A stretch of DNA of 64,000 bases. Origin: a virus. Its lineage: Duplodnaviria > Caudoviricetes. Position 1 is the stretch's first letter, and every line of letters begins with the position of its first letter. Location: the IMG/VR virus record IMGVR_UViG_2974655483_000001, positions 96,001-160,000 of that record, one strand, 5' to 3'. The notes beneath the pieces are model-generated. The model saw nothing but the letters and a program-made list of their open reading frames with translations. It was not told where the DNA came from and did not search any database. Shown in pieces: positions 9,164-19,310 of this stretch. Position numbers and translations under genes: made by a program.

Positions 9164-11416
9164 ATGGCAGTCAATCAATCCTCGCCAGGGGTAGTCGTTC
9201 AGGAAAGAGACCTGACGACTATTACTTCACTATCAACCGCAAATGTTGGAGTTCTTGCAGCACCATTTGAACTTGGTCCAGTAGAAGAGATCGTTAATAT
9301 CTCCACCGAAAGAGAATTAGTTGAGCAATTTGGTAAGCCAAATGACTACAACTATGAGTACTGGTATACTGCTGCTCAGTATTTGAACTATGGTGGTGTA
9401 CTTAAGACAGTTCGTGTCAATTCTACTGCGCTGAAGAATGCAGTTGATACTGGTGCTGCTCCTCTGATTAAAAATCTTACGGATTATGAAACCACTATCG
9501 AAAGTGCAAACAACACTTGGTCTTGGGCAGCAAAAACTGCAGGCACTAAAGGAAATTCTATCGGTGTCTTCGTAACTGATGCTGGTGCTGACCAGATTGC
9601 AGTTATCCCTGCTCCAGGTTCAGGTAATGAATTTGAGTTTGTCAATGACGCTGCAGTAAGTGCTGCTTCTGGAGCTGCTGGTAAAGTCTTCAAGTATAGC
9701 ATTGTATTAACTGTCACAACTATTGTTGGTGACTTCACTCCTGGTGCAAGTACAACTATTGCTATTTCTGGTTCTAACGAAACTGTCGATGTTCTTGCGT
9801 GGGATCCTGCTAACAAAAAACTTGAAATCGGTCTTCCTGCTGGTGGTGTAACTGGTATTGTTGTTGATGCACAGACCATTACTCAGGGTACTAACACTGC
9901 TGTAATTGCTACTGCTGGTATTGAACGCAAATTGTATATTGCTAAGAATAAGGACAGTGTAGATTTTGCTGCTGCAGATAGTATTGAAGATACAAACACC
10001 AACGCTGCTGCTATTACTTCTGTTCGTGGTGAGTATGATGAGCGTGAGTATCTGCCTGGTGTAAAATGGGTAAACACTGCTCCTCGTCCTGGCACTTCAC
10101 AGTGGTCAACTACTGCTGGTGGATTCCGTGATGAACTGCATGTCTTAGTTATTGATGTTGATGGTGCTATCACAGGAACTGCTGGTGCTCTTCTTGAGCG
10201 TTTCATTGGTGTTTCTAAAGCATCTGATGCCAAAACTTCTGTTGGTGAGACCAACTATTATGCCGAAGTTATCAAGCAGCGTTCAGCATATATCTATTGG
10301 GGTGAGCACGAGACTACATTGTTCAATGCAACTGCAACCCCTGCCGATGGTAACTGGGGTTTAACCGCAACTGCTCGCCAGTTTAATCTTCTTCGTTCTA
10401 CTGCTGGTACAGTAGACTATCCTGCAGGACGCACAACAGTTGGTTCTGCTAGCAATGCCACTTACTACTACCGTCTCGCCAATGGTGCCGACTATACATT
10501 ATCTGGTGGTACATATTCAGTATCCAACAGCGATGTTTCTACATCGTATGAGTTAGTCGAAGATCCAGAATCGCAAACTGTTGACTTTATCTTGACAGGT
10601 CCTTCTGGTCCTGATGATGCATCCGCTATCGCTAAAATTACTTCATTGGTTAATATCGTTGAAGAACGCCGTGACTGTATGGTATTTGCTTCTCCTCGTA
10701 GAGCAAATGTAATCGGAATTTCTAACTCCACTGCAGCAACAAATAATATCATCGATTTCTTTGATCAACTGCCTTCTTCATCTTACGCAGTATATGATTC
10801 TGGTTACAAGTACATCTACGATAAGTACAATGATGTATATCGTTATGTCCCTTGTAACGGTGATGTTGCTGGTCTTTGCCTGCAAACAACTGAAGTCGCA
10901 GAACCTTGGTTCTCTCCTGCTGGTTTCCAGCGTGGTAACTTGAGAAATGCAATCAAACTTGCATATACTCCCAACAAGACTCAACGCGACCGTTTGTATT
11001 CTGCTCGTGTCAATCCAATCGTTTCTTTCCCTGGTCAGGGCGTAGTTCTTTACGGTGATAAGACTGCACAAGGTTTCGCCTCTGCATTCGATCGTATCAA
11101 TGTTCGTCGCTTGTTCCTTACGATTGAGCGCGTAATCAGCGGTGCTGCTAAGGCACAACTGTTTGAACAGAATGATGAGTCACAACGCGCATTGTTCCTG
11201 AACATTGTCGAACCTTATCTTCGCGATGTTCAAGGTCGTCGTGGTGTAACTGACTTCTTGGTCAAGTGTGATACTCAGAACAATCCTCCCGAATCCGTTG
11301 ACCGTGGAGAGTTCTATGCTGAGATCTTCGTTAAGCCTACACGCACAATTAACTACATCACACTAACATTCGTAGCAACCAGAACTGGTGTTGCATTCAA
11401 CGAAGTTGCTTCCTGA
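9164..11416 (+). CDS. gp18: Tail sheath protein
   Basis: SPGVVVQERDLT start; PWFSPAG; FDRINVRRLF; IFVKPTRTINYITLTFVA. Confidence 0.98.
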   Translation: MAVNQSSPGVVVQERDLTTITSLSTANVGVLAAPFELGPVEEIVNISTERELVEQFGKPNDYNYEYWYTAAQYLNYGGVLKTVRVNSTALKNAVDTGAAPLIKNLTDYETTIESANNTWSWAAKTAGTKGNSIGVFVTDAGADQIAVIPAPGSGNEFEFVNDAAVSAASGAAGKVFKYSIVLTVTTIVGDFTPGASTTIAISGSNETVDVLAWDPANKKLEIGLPAGGVTGIVVDAQTITQGTNTAVIATAGIERKLYIAKNKDSVDFAAADSIEDTNTNAAAITSVRGEYDEREYLPGVKWVNTAPRPGTSQWSTTAGGFRDELHVLVIDVDGAITGTAGALLERFIGVSKASDAKTSVGETNYYAEVIKQRSAYIYWGEHETTLFNATATPADGNWGLTATARQFNLLRSTAGTVDYPAGRTTVGSASNATYYYRLANGADYTLSGGTYSVSNSDVSTSYELVEDPESQTVDFILTGPSGPDDASAIAKITSLVNIVEERRDCMVFASPRRANVIGISNSTAATNNIIDFFDQLPSSSYAVYDSGYKYIYDKYNDVYRYVPCNGDVAGLCLQTTEVAEPWFSPAGFQRGNLRNAIKLAYTPNKTQRDRLYSARVNPIVSFPGQGVVLYGDKTAQGFASAFDRINVRRLFLTIERVISGAAKAQLFEQNDESQRALFLNIVEPYLRDVQGRRGVTDFLVKCDTQNNPPESVDRGEFYAEIFVKPTRTINYITLTFVATRTGVAFNEVAS

Positions 11417-11433
11417 TAATAGTTAACATAACT

Positions 11434-11460
11434 AAGAGACCTTACGGGGTCTCTTTTTTT
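11434..11460 (+). terminator. Rho-independent terminator
   Basis: AAGAGACC-ttacg-GGGTCTCTT followed by T-run. Confidence 0.9.
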
Positions 11461-11518
11461 GTCTGAAAATATGATTTGTAATAAATACTAAGGACAGAGA
11501 CACCTGAGCAAAAAAACA

Positions 11519-12097
11519 ATGGCAAAAAGAGGAACTATTGACGACTTTAAAGCAAATGTCGCTTCGGACTTTGCGCGTCCTAATCTATTCCAAGTAGATT
11601 TAAATTTCCCACAAGGAATCATTAACAATTCTAGTCTGATTGAACTTGGTAAGTTCACTGTTCGTGCAGCAAATCTTCCCTCTTCTCAGATTGGTGTTAT
11701 TGAAGTTCCTTTCCGAGGAAGAGTCCTGAAGATTGCAGGTGACAGAACGTTTGAACCTTGGACCATCACTGTTCAGAATGACAGCAACTTTGTTCTGCGT
11801 GATGCATTTGAACTTTGGGCATCCAGCATTCAGGCATACAACGAGAACTTCACTCAAGCAGGTGGTCTTGGAGATGCTGATGATGCTACTGGATACTTCG
11901 CTGACATGACTGTTCATCAGTTAGCACGCGATATCAAAGATGGCAATTCACCTAAGATTCTCAAGTCTTATAGGTTCTATAATGTATTCCCAAGTGCAAT
12001 CGCTGCTATCGATCTCGACTTCGGTAACAATGATGCTATTGAAGAGTTTACTGTTGAACTTCAGACTCAGTACTGGACTCCTGTAGTTGCTAACTGA
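11519..12097 (+). CDS. gp19: Tail tube protein
   Basis: ARPNLFQV, FRGRVLKIAGDRTFEPWTITV, IEEFTVE; late promoter AATAAATA at 11480. Confidence 0.97.
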   Translation: MAKRGTIDDFKANVASDFARPNLFQVDLNFPQGIINNSSLIELGKFTVRAANLPSSQIGVIEVPFRGRVLKIAGDRTFEPWTITVQNDSNFVLRDAFELWASSIQAYNENFTQAGGLGDADDATGYFADMTVHQLARDIKDGNSPKILKSYRFYNVFPSAIAAIDLDFGNNDAIEEFTVELQTQYWTPVVAN

Positions 12098-12139
12098 GAT
12101 ACTTGATAAATAGAACAGGACCAGTTACTTAGAAATATA

Positions 12140-13744
12140 ATGTCTCAGCTCTTCGGTTTTTCACTGGAAAGAGCAAAGAAGGTCCCCAAGGGGCCTTCTT
12201 TTGTTCAAAAAGATAGTATGGATGGTTCGCAACCTATTGTAGGTGGCGGATATTATGGATATTCCGTTGATTTTGATGGTGCTGTTCGTAATGATTATGA
12301 ACTCATTTCTCGTTATAGAGAGATGGTAATGCAACCAGAATGTGATAGTGCGGTTGATGATATCGTCAATGAAACTATTTGTGGTAATTTTGATGATGTA
12401 CCAGTAGAGGTTGAACTCTCTAATCTCAAGGCGTCGGATAAAATTAAAAAACTTATCAGAGAAGAGTTTGAAACTGTTCTCAGATTATTAGACTTTGAAA
12501 ATCGTTCCTATGAAATTTTTCGTAGGTGGTATGTAGATGGAAGACTATTTTATCATAAAGTAATTGACCCCAAAAATCCTGCTGGTGGTCTTGCAGAACT
12601 GCGATATATTGATCCTCGCAAGATTCGTAAGGTTACTGAATATGAGCAGAAGAAACCCGATCAAATGCGTGGGGTTGATTTAAACCAACAATTAACACAA
12701 AAAGCAGCAGAGTATTTCTTATACAATCCAAAGGGATTAAAGAATTCTACGAATCAGGGTATGAAAATTACCACGGATTCTGTTACTTATTGCCACTCTG
12801 GCATTCAAGATTTGAACAAGAACATGACTCTTAGTCACCTGCATAAGGCGATTAAAGCAGTCAACCAACTGAGAATGATTGAAGATTCTCTGGTTATCTA
12901 TCGTTTAAGTAGAGCACCTGAGCGTCGTATCTTTTACATTGACGTTGGTAATCTTCCCAAAAACAAAGCAGAACAATATCTGCGTGAAGTTATGGGTCGC
13001 TATCGTAACAAGATGGTTTATGATTCCAACACTGGTGAGATTAAAGACGATAAGAAGTTCATGTCCATGATGGAAGACTTCTGGTTACCTCGTCGTGAAG
13101 GTGGTCGTGGTACAGAAATCTCTACACTTCCTGGTGGTCAGAATCTTGGAGAACTTGAGGATGTAAAGTATTTCCAGAAGAAACTTTATAAGGCACTCAA
13201 TGTTCCTTCGTCCCGTTTAGAAACAGAAACGACTTTTAATATCGGTCGTGCTGCTGAGATTACTAGGGACGAAGTTAAGTTCCAGAAGTTTATTGCTAGA
13301 CTGCGTAAGCGTTTCTCGGAACTCTTTACAGATCTTTTAAAAACACAACTCATTCTTAAGGGAGTCATGTCTCTTGAAGAGTGGGAAGACATGAAGAATC
13401 ACATTCAGTTTGACTTCATTGCTGATAACTACTTCACCGAACTGAAAGAGATTGAAATCCGCAACGAAAGAATGAATCAAGTTGCAGCGATGGATCCTTA
13501 TGTTGGCAAATATTTCTCCGTAGATTATATGCGTCGTCAGGTTCTGAAGCAAACCGAAATCGAGATTAAAGAAATTGACAAGCAAATTGCCTCTGAGATG
13601 GAAGCAGGTATTATTGCTGATCCTATGGCGGAAATGGATCCTGCTATGGCTGCTGGCGGTGAAGGTGCCCCTGCAGCAGAAGTAGATCCAAACGCACAGG
13701 AATCTTCAGTTGATCCTGGTGATGTCCGCAGAGGAGAATTTTAA
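12140..13744 (+). CDS. gp20: Portal vertex protein
   Basis: RAPERRIFYIDVGNLPK, EDFWLPRREGGRGTEI. Confidence 0.99.
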   Translation: MSQLFGFSLERAKKVPKGPSFVQKDSMDGSQPIVGGGYYGYSVDFDGAVRNDYELISRYREMVMQPECDSAVDDIVNETICGNFDDVPVEVELSNLKASDKIKKLIREEFETVLRLLDFENRSYEIFRRWYVDGRLFYHKVIDPKNPAGGLAELRYIDPRKIRKVTEYEQKKPDQMRGVDLNQQLTQKAAEYFLYNPKGLKNSTNQGMKITTDSVTYCHSGIQDLNKNMTLSHLHKAIKAVNQLRMIEDSLVIYRLSRAPERRIFYIDVGNLPKNKAEQYLREVMGRYRNKMVYDSNTGEIKDDKKFMSMMEDFWLPRREGGRGTEISTLPGGQNLGELEDVKYFQKKLYKALNVPSSRLETETTFNIGRAAEITRDEVKFQKFIARLRKRFSELFTDLLKTQLILKGVMSLEEWEDMKNHIQFDFIADNYFTELKEIEIRNERMNQVAAMDPYVGKYFSVDYMRRQVLKQTEIEIKEIDKQIASEMEAGIIADPMAEMDPAMAAGGEGAPAAEVDPNAQESSVDPGDVRRGEF

Positions 13745-13777
13745 TTAACTAAATAATACTAATAATGGATACTTATT

Positions 13778-14101
13778 ATGCCTAGTGATATTGCAAAACA
13801 AATAGTTCAGCAAGTTTTTAGTGATGAAAAAGCAAAAGCGATTGACTCCATTAATGATGCATTAGCATCTTCAACTTACGATGCTATTCAAGCACAAAAA
13901 GTTCAGTATGCGAAGAGTATTGGTTTTGAGTTAGATCAGACCGCGCAAGATTCGGCAGATGAAATTGCTGATAGTTTGCCAGACGGTTCTGAAAATGCTC
14001 AAGATGTTGAAGTTGATGGGCGTATGCCACATGAACCTCCTACTGATGAATTAGAACAACCTGTAGAAACCCCCGAAGAAGAAAATGAAACTGATAGCTG
14101 A
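13778..14101 (+). CDS. Acidic prohead core protein (gp67-like position)
   Basis: Between gp20 and gp21, very acidic. Confidence 0.6.
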   Translation: MPSDIAKQIVQQVFSDEKAKAIDSINDALASSTYDAIQAQKVQYAKSIGFELDQTAQDSADEIADSLPDGSENAQDVEVDGRMPHEPPTDELEQPVETPEEENETDS

Positions 14102-14729
14102 AGAAATTACTCAAGTAGATTTTCTCTGTGAAGAGAAAGAAGGCAAGAAAAATTACTTCATTGAAGGTATCTTCTTGCAGGCAGAACTACAGAACCGCAA
14201 TGGTCGCATGTATAAGTTACCAACTTTACAGCGCGAAGTTGCTAAATACAGCGAGAACTACATTCAAAAAGGGCGTGCCCTTGGAGAGTTAGGTCATCCC
14301 GATGGTCCTTCTATCAATCTTGATAGGGTGTCACATAAGATTGAATCTCTCAAAGAAGATGGAAACAACTTCATTGGTAGAGCAAAAATCCTTGACACTC
14401 CCATGGGTAATATTGCAAAGAACCTTCTTTCTGAAGGCGTCAGTCTTGGCGTTTCTTCTAGAGGTATGGGTTCTTTGGTTAAAAGAGAAGGTTGTAATGT
14501 CGTCGCAGATGACTTTATGCTTGCAACTGCTGCTGATATTGTAGCAGATCCTTCTGCTCCTGATGCTTTTGTTGATGGAATCATGGAAGGAAAGGAATGG
14601 GTTTGGGATAATGGCATCCTCAAAGAGTCTGCTATTGCTCAAATCAAGACTGAAATTGATGAAGCAACTATTATTAATCTGCAGGAGCGTAAAATCTCCG
14701 CGTTTGCAGCATTTTTAAAGAGTTTGTGA
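14085..14729 (+). CDS. gp21: Prohead core scaffold and protease
   Basis: ALGELGHP, GVSSRGMGS, DIVADPSAPDAFV. Confidence 0.98.
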   Translation: MKLIAEEITQVDFLCEEKEGKKNYFIEGIFLQAELQNRNGRMYKLPTLQREVAKYSENYIQKGRALGELGHPDGPSINLDRVSHKIESLKEDGNNFIGRAKILDTPMGNIAKNLLSEGVSLGVSSRGMGSLVKREGCNVVADDFMLATAADIVADPSAPDAFVDGIMEGKEWVWDNGILKESAIAQIKTEIDEATIINLQERKISAFAAFLKSL

Positions 14730-14731
14730 TT

Positions 14732-14739
14732 TATAAATA
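14732..14739 (+). promoter_or_regulatory. Late promoter TATAAATA
   Basis: Consensus upstream of gp22. Confidence 0.85.
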
Positions 14740-14778
14740 ATAAAAGATAACGCTACTATGCATAACGGAGAATATCAA

Positions 14779-15798
14779 ATGTCTGAGACCCTCGACAAAA
14801 ACTTAGATAATATGGAGTCTGTGACCGAAGGTTCCAACGCAGTTACCAAAGACGCCAAGCCTGGCGAAAAAATTGACACCTCTAAGGGTGGAGCATCTAA
14901 GGTAATTGATGTTACTTCTGATTCAGAAGAAGGTGCTAAAGGAACTAAGAATGCAGGCAAATCTGCAGCAGCACCTGTAGGTAAGGCACCTGTTCCAAGT
15001 ACCAAGCCAAGTGACGCATCTGCTAAAATGGAGGAAACGGAAGATGGCGAAGAAGAAGTCCTCGCTGAAACCGACCTCGACTTTACTGAAGATGTTGACG
15101 CTCTTGTCGCTGGTGAAGACCTCTCAGAAGAGTTCCGTTTAAAAGCAGCAACAATCTTTGAAGCCGCTGTAACCAGTCGTGTTAACAAAGAAGCAGCAGC
15201 GTTGCAAGAAGCGTATGAATCTACGCTGACTGAAGAAGTCGAAAAGATCCAAACAGAATTGGCCGAGAAGGTTGACAACTACCTGACTTATGCCGCTGAA
15301 TCCTGGATGAAGGAAAATGCTCTCCAGGTTGAGCACGGTATTAAGACTGAAATGGCAGAGTCATTCTTCAACGGTCTAAAAGGTCTTTTCCTTGAGCATA
15401 ACTTTAGCGTGCCCGAGGAAAAATTCAACATGCTTGACGGCATGGTTGGAGAAATTGATGAAATGGAAGCTAAACTCAACGAGCAAATCGACGCTAATGT
15501 TGCTTTAAATAAGCGTATTGGCGAGTTTGTCAAAATGGAAATTGTGAACGAAGTCGCTGCAGGTCTCGCTGAGACTCAGAAGGAGAAGCTTGCTTCTCTG
15601 GCAGAGGGTGTTGAGTTTGAAACTGAAGAAGACTTTCGAAAGAAAGTCGAAACGATTAAGGAATCCTACTTTACCCGTAAGGCTGAAGTTGCTTCTGCAA
15701 CCGACCCCACCGAAGAAGTTTCGGAACCCCTTGTCGAAGAAAACCTAGGCGGAACAATGTCGAAATACGTTGATGCAATCGCCCGTTGGTCTAAATAA
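14779..15798 (+). CDS. gp22: Prohead core (scaffolding) protein
   Basis: LSEEFRLKAATIFEAAV, acidic coiled coil; GGAG SD before ATG 14779. Confidence 0.96.
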   Translation: MSETLDKNLDNMESVTEGSNAVTKDAKPGEKIDTSKGGASKVIDVTSDSEEGAKGTKNAGKSAAAPVGKAPVPSTKPSDASAKMEETEDGEEEVLAETDLDFTEDVDALVAGEDLSEEFRLKAATIFEAAVTSRVNKEAAALQEAYESTLTEEVEKIQTELAEKVDNYLTYAAESWMKENALQVEHGIKTEMAESFFNGLKGLFLEHNFSVPEEKFNMLDGMVGEIDEMEAKLNEQIDANVALNKRIGEFVKMEIVNEVAAGLAETQKEKLASLAEGVEFETEEDFRKKVETIKESYFTRKAEVASATDPTEEVSEPLVEENLGGTMSKYVDAIARWSK

Positions 15799-15836
15799 TT
15801 AATTAACTTTATCTACTTTTTAACTCGGAGATACAA

Positions 15837-17213
15837 ATGTCTTTACGTCAACTCCAGGAGAAGTGGGCACCCGTTCTGAATCACGATGCTCTTCCAGAGA
15901 TTCAAGATTCCCATAAGCGTGGCGTCATCGCTCAACTCCTCGAAAACCAAGAAAAAGCACAAGTCGAAGAAGGACAAATCCTTAACGAGACTCTTCAAAC
16001 AACTGGCTACACTGGTGCCAGCACAGCGACAGGTCCTGTTGCAGGTTTCGACCCTGTACTGATCAGCCTCATCCGTCGCTCCATGCCTCAGCTTATCGCT
16101 TATGATATTGCTGGCGTTCAACCGATGACTGGTCCTACTGGACTTATCTTCGCAATGCGTACGAACTACGGTTCTGAGCGCGATCCTAATGCCTCTGGTT
16201 ACGACGAAGCATTCTTCAACGAGCCTAACGCTGGTTTCTCTGGTGGTCCTGGTGCATACGATCCTGGTGCATCAAGTTCTACTGACAACGATGCAGAAGG
16301 AAACAACCCTGGACTTCTCAATGATTCCCCCGCTGGAACCTATGAGTTGACTGGCGATGCTCAGGGCATGTCAACAGGAACTGCTGAAGCTCTCGATGAC
16401 TCTGCATCTAACACGGCATTCCGTGAGATGGGTTTCTCGATCGAGAAAGTCACTGTAACCGCCAAGGCACGCGCCCTGAAGGCTGAGTACAGCATCGAGA
16501 TGGCACAAGACCTGAAGGCGATTCACGGTCTGGATGCTGAAACTGAACTGGCTAACATCCTCAGCACAGAGATTCTTGCTGAAATCAACCGCGAAGTCGT
16601 TCGTACTATCGTAGTTAACGCTGTTGCTGGTGCTCAGAACAATACCGCTACTGCTGGTATCTTTGACCTCGATGTTGATTCCAACGGTCGCTGGTCTGTT
16701 GAGAAGTTCAAAGGACTTCTTTTCCAAATCGAAAGAGATGCTAACGCTATCGGTCAGCAAACTCGTCGTGGCAAAGGCAACATCCTGATCTGTTCTGCCG
16801 ACGTTGCTTCTGCACTGGGTATGGCTGGTGTTCTTGACTACACCCCTGCTCTTGCTGGTAACAACGGTCTTACAGGCGTTGATGACACCTCCAGCACACT
16901 GGTTGGTACACTCAACGGTCGTATCAAGGTCTATGTTGATCCTTACTCAGCAAACGTTGCTGATAAGCACTTCTATGTTTCTGGTTATAAGGGTACTTCA
17001 CCTTATGACGCTGGTCTGTTCTATTGCCCATATGTTCCTCTTCAGCAGGTTCGTGCAATTAACCCTAACACCTTCCAACCAAAAATCGGTTTCAAGACTC
17101 GCTACGGCATGGTCTCGAACCCCTTCTCTGGTGGTCTTACCCAAGGCAGCGGTGCTCTTACCGCCAACGCCAACAAGTACTACCGTCGTGTACAGGTTGC
17201 AAACTTGATGTGA
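15837..17213 (+). CDS. gp23: Major capsid protein
   Basis: GVQPMTGPTGLIFAMR, ARALKAEYS, FQPKIGFKTRYG. Confidence 0.99.
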   Translation: MSLRQLQEKWAPVLNHDALPEIQDSHKRGVIAQLLENQEKAQVEEGQILNETLQTTGYTGASTATGPVAGFDPVLISLIRRSMPQLIAYDIAGVQPMTGPTGLIFAMRTNYGSERDPNASGYDEAFFNEPNAGFSGGPGAYDPGASSSTDNDAEGNNPGLLNDSPAGTYELTGDAQGMSTGTAEALDDSASNTAFREMGFSIEKVTVTAKARALKAEYSIEMAQDLKAIHGLDAETELANILSTEILAEINREVVRTIVVNAVAGAQNNTATAGIFDLDVDSNGRWSVEKFKGLLFQIERDANAIGQQTRRGKGNILICSADVASALGMAGVLDYTPALAGNNGLTGVDDTSSTLVGTLNGRIKVYVDPYSANVADKHFYVSGYKGTSPYDAGLFYCPYVPLQQVRAINPNTFQPKIGFKTRYGMVSNPFSGGLTQGSGALTANANKYYRRVQVANLM

Positions 17214-17240
17214 TATCAGCCTTTGGGCATATCATTCTTC

Positions 17241-17267
17241 GGACCCCTCTTAGAGGGGTCTTTTTTT
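17241..17267 (+). terminator. Rho-independent terminator overlapping a late promoter (TATAAATA 17267-17274)
   Basis: GACCCCTC-tta-GAGGGGTC plus T-run. Confidence 0.9.
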
Positions 17268-17298
17268 ATAAATAAAGTTACCAACGCAATGGTAACCC

Positions 17299-17607
17299 AT
17301 GAGATCAAATCTGGAAGAACGAAGAGAATATCAAAGACGCCGTAGAGATAAACGGAAAGATATGCTGGTAGAAAAGTTTGGTGATAAATGTCATGACTGT
17401 GGTGATACATTTCACAAGTGCATGTATGATTTCCATCATGTCAATCCCTTAGAGAAAAAGTTTGAGATTGCACCAGCATTAGATAGAAACTGGGATACAA
17501 TCTTAGAGGAGATTGAAAAGTGTGTAATGCTCTGCTCAAACTGTCACAGACTCAGACATTACAACGAAGATAGAGGTTCTACAGTATTTGCCAGTAATCT
17601 TGTCTAG
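17299..17607 (+). CDS. Small HNH endonuclease (freestanding)
   Basis: CHDC...DFHHVNP...LCSNCHR zinc-finger/HNH pattern. Confidence 0.85.
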   Translation: MRSNLEERREYQRRRRDKRKDMLVEKFGDKCHDCGDTFHKCMYDFHHVNPLEKKFEIAPALDRNWDTILEEIEKCVMLCSNCHRLRHYNEDRGSTVFASNLV

Positions 17608-17750
17608 GTATAAATTAGTAGGCAATAATATTCGTTGCATAAAGTTAGTATTTCCTGACAAATCAGCCTAGATAGTATAGAATTATGAGGTGACCAAATG
17701 AACCCAAACTTTAATTATATTATGAGTCACATTTCCTGATAGTAAAACCA

Positions 17751-17909
17751 ATGAATAACATCACTTCTAGAAATCAATTATATGAATGGTCTCATTTTGA
17801 AGATTCTGCAGAACTAGAAAAAATTAACGATTACTACGAATGTTTAATTGAATGTACCGATACACATCAAGCATCATGTAAAAGAATCTGTAAAGAGGTG
17901 CTTATGTAA
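17751..17909 (+). CDS. Small Cys-containing protein (52 aa; DYYECLIEC...CKRIC)
   Basis: Translated by hand; resembles a small protein family of picocyanobacteria and cyanophages; followed by terminator. Confidence 0.7.
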   Translation: MNNITSRNQLYEWSHFEDSAELEKINDYYECLIECTDTHQASCKRICKEVLM

Positions 17910-17945
17910 GTCGTATACATATTGTACCGTGTGAAGGAAGTGAAG

Positions 17946-17972
17946 GAGGTCTCAATAGAGACCTCTTTTTTT
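17946..17972 (+). terminator. Rho-independent terminator
   Basis: GAGGTCTC-aata-GAGACCTC plus T7. Confidence 0.9.
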
Positions 17973-18005
17973 ATACCTAAATATCTCTAGATAGAATGAT
18001 TTATT

Positions 18006-18596
18006 ATGATTACTGATAGTAAATTTGAGGATTTTATTGGCATCTTTGATACTGATTATGATACTTCAGATCTTATTGAGTATTTTGAGTATCAAAATAA
18101 ATGTGGTGCCACCTTTGGAAGAAAGGGATTATTTGGTAAGGAGCGAAAGGCACATGCAAGAATTGATAACAGTTTAGTTACTGAAGAGTTTATGCTCGAT
18201 CACTCCTGCGGTTATCCATACATGAGATCATATAATGAAGTTGTCAGTTCCTGTTTGGCGAGATATATTGATAAGTATGAACAACTTCTACATTATAGAT
18301 ATCAACAAGTTTATTTAAATGTGCAGAAAACTTTGCCTCAGCAAGGTTATCATGCTTGGCATGACGAGAAAGGATCAATGGGATGTAATCGAAGGGTTGC
18401 AGCAACTATGATGTATCTCAATGATGTTGATGACGGTGGAGAAACTGAGTTTTTATATCAATCTAAAAGATATAAACCAGTAAGAGGAAGAGTTCTTATT
18501 TGGCCAGCAGGTTACACTCATGTCCATAGAGGAAATCCTCCTCTATCAGGCGAAAAATATATCGCCACTTCTTGGTTAGAAAACATAAACGCATAA
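18006..18596 (+). CDS. 2OG-Fe(II) oxygenase (prolyl-hydroxylase-like)
   Basis: WHDE, YLNDVDDGGETEF, THVHRGNPP...KY. Confidence 0.92.
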   Translation: MITDSKFEDFIGIFDTDYDTSDLIEYFEYQNKCGATFGRKGLFGKERKAHARIDNSLVTEEFMLDHSCGYPYMRSYNEVVSSCLARYIDKYEQLLHYRYQQVYLNVQKTLPQQGYHAWHDEKGSMGCNRRVAATMMYLNDVDDGGETEFLYQSKRYKPVRGRVLIWPAGYTHVHRGNPPLSGEKYIATSWLENINA

Positions 18597-18597
18597 A

Positions 18598-19146
18598 ATG
18601 GCAAACTGGTATAACGATCAATTAACAAACAGAAACTTTTTGTCTCCTATCGGATTTATATTCGTTTTGGATAAGGCAAACAAGGTATCATTTCTGTGTC
18701 AAAAAGCAGAGATCCCTCCCATCACATTAGGAGATGTTCAGATTCCAACTAGAGGATTAGTTCCAATTCCTGTTGAAGGAAACATGCGTTACAACGATTT
18801 CACTATAGATTTTATCGTAGATGAGGACTTAGAGAACTATATGCAGATTCATAACTGGATGCGTGCATTAGGTACTCCTCAAGAGTTGAAAGAAAGAAAA
18901 CTTTGGAATGATAAGTATCGGAATGATTCTACAAGAGATGCAAGATTTTCTGATGCCACTCTTCAAGTTTTAAATAATAACAACATTGCAAATTTCGATG
19001 TTGTATTTAAAGATATGTTCCCCACAGATTTATCTACACTTGCATTCGATGTTACTGGTTCTGATAATGATTATTTCATAGCAACAGCATCATTCAAATA
19101 CACTTTATATGAGATTAGAAATGTTAACAGTCAGACTAGACGATGA
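18598..19146 (+). CDS. gp3: Tail tube terminator / tail completion protein
   Basis: NFLSPIGF, FIVDEDLENY, SDATL, FPTDLS motifs; position before uvsY. Confidence 0.9.
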   Translation: MANWYNDQLTNRNFLSPIGFIFVLDKANKVSFLCQKAEIPPITLGDVQIPTRGLVPIPVEGNMRYNDFTIDFIVDEDLENYMQIHNWMRALGTPQELKERKLWNDKYRNDSTRDARFSDATLQVLNNNNIANFDVVFKDMFPTDLSTLAFDVTGSDNDYFIATASFKYTLYEIRNVNSQTRR

Positions 19147-19310
19147 GTAATTGGAAACACCACGCTCTAGATGACCCCAATTTAAAATACAAACACGCTC
19201 GAATTATTATTAATGGCCCAAAGTCCTTGTCTCAGGCATGGATATTACAAGCAATGAAATTGAAGTATAGTTATGAATCTCGAATCGCTACAAGAAATGT
19301 GGAAGACTGA
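19143..19310 (+). CDS. Small hypothetical protein (55 aa, GPKSLSQAW motif)
   Basis: Translated by hand; ATGA overlap with gp3. Confidence 0.55.
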   Translation: MSNWKHHALDDPNLKYKHARIIINGPKSLSQAWILQAMKLKYSYESRIATRNVED

